Assembly (NCBI GenBank): GCA_038087875.1
Contig: CM075990.1
Coordinates: 8,496,001 to 8,560,000, forward strand
From: Malacoraja senta
Lineage: Eukaryota
DNA: 64,000 bases
Direction: 5' to 3'
The notes beneath the pieces were generated by a model, which saw only the letters and a list, made by a program, of their open reading frames with translations, was not told the origin of the DNA and did not search any database. Numbering within the stretch: position 1 is the first letter of the stretch; each line of letters starts with the position of its first letter. Shown one piece after another: positions 63,215-64,000 of this stretch. A program made the position numbers and the translations under genes.

Positions 63215-64000
63215 AAAAATTTCAATAATCTAATAACCAAAATATAGGTGCCAATAAATACAAAGTCCTTAGTGCAACCGTGGGCAGGTATTGCATCATC
63301 ATCGCGATCTGAATCTGTAAAACTGCAGAAAACCCCGAAGAACATGTGACAAGCAAATTCCTCTATGTTCATGAGAAAAACAAGTCTCAATTGTATTTAA
63401 AGATACACACAAAGTGCTGGAGTCAGGGTCAGGCAGCTCTCTGGAGAGAAGGGATAGGTGACATTTTGTGTCAGAACCCTTCTTCAGACTGAAAGATAGA
63501 GGGGTGGGGGTGGGGGGTAGGGGAGGTGGAGGGAGGAAACCGGAGGCGAGAAAAGACCAGAACAAAACAGGGTGGCCAGCTTGTATTTACCACATTATGA
63601 ATGATGTATATTTTTGAAAAGGTGCATAATACAATAAACAAGAAATACTTGAAATGTACTTTTCTAATGTGAGGCTGTCGACCTGAAATGTTAATCCTTT
63701 AACTCTCCCTACAGATGCTGCAGGGCAGTTCCCATTTTCATTTTACATTTGTTGCACATAAACTCGGGTGGTCCTAAAGCACTTTATGATGAGGTACTTT
63801 TAAAGACAGACGCAAAAAGCTGGAGTAACTCAGTGGGTCAGGAAGAATTTCTGGGGAAATAGGTGATGTTTGGGATGGAGATGGGTCTCAACCCAAAACC
63901 TTTTCCGCAGAGATGCTGCCTTACCCGCTGAGCAACTCCAGCTTTTTGTGTCCGTCTTCGGTTTAAACCAGCATCTGCCGTTTCTTCCTACACATACTTT

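Overview
Eukaryotic, repeat-dominated DNA with no host protein-coding gene that I can support. The repeat mix (tRNA-headed V-SINE/HE1-like SINEs, CR1/HER1-like LINEs, Rex1/Babar, Penelope-like elements) suggests an intron or intergenic region of a cartilaginous fish such as a skate or ray; this is inference. Main contents: (1) a full-length Tx1-clade non-LTR retrotransposon (2738-9239, minus) with two intact ORFs, a poly(A) tail and a 12-bp TSD. It sits inside a Harbinger-type MITE, which itself sits inside a Penelope-derived repeat. (2) Dozens of short Penelope-derived repeats carrying a minimal hammerhead-ribozyme-like core (CTGAAGA-stem II-GAAAC-GTC). Many are fold-back elements flanked by 10-17 bp TSDs, and several are attached to GIY-YIG endonuclease remnants. 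(3) A near full-length but frameshifted CR1 LINE and a truncated L1, inserted back-to-back into one Rex1/Babar copy. (4) An Ingi/Vingi-like LINE with a twin-priming-type 5' inversion. (5) Several Harbinger and hAT MITEs, a possible 3.8-kb composite TIR element, microsatellites and two 200-N gaps. All family assignments come from recognising motifs by eye; no database search was run.
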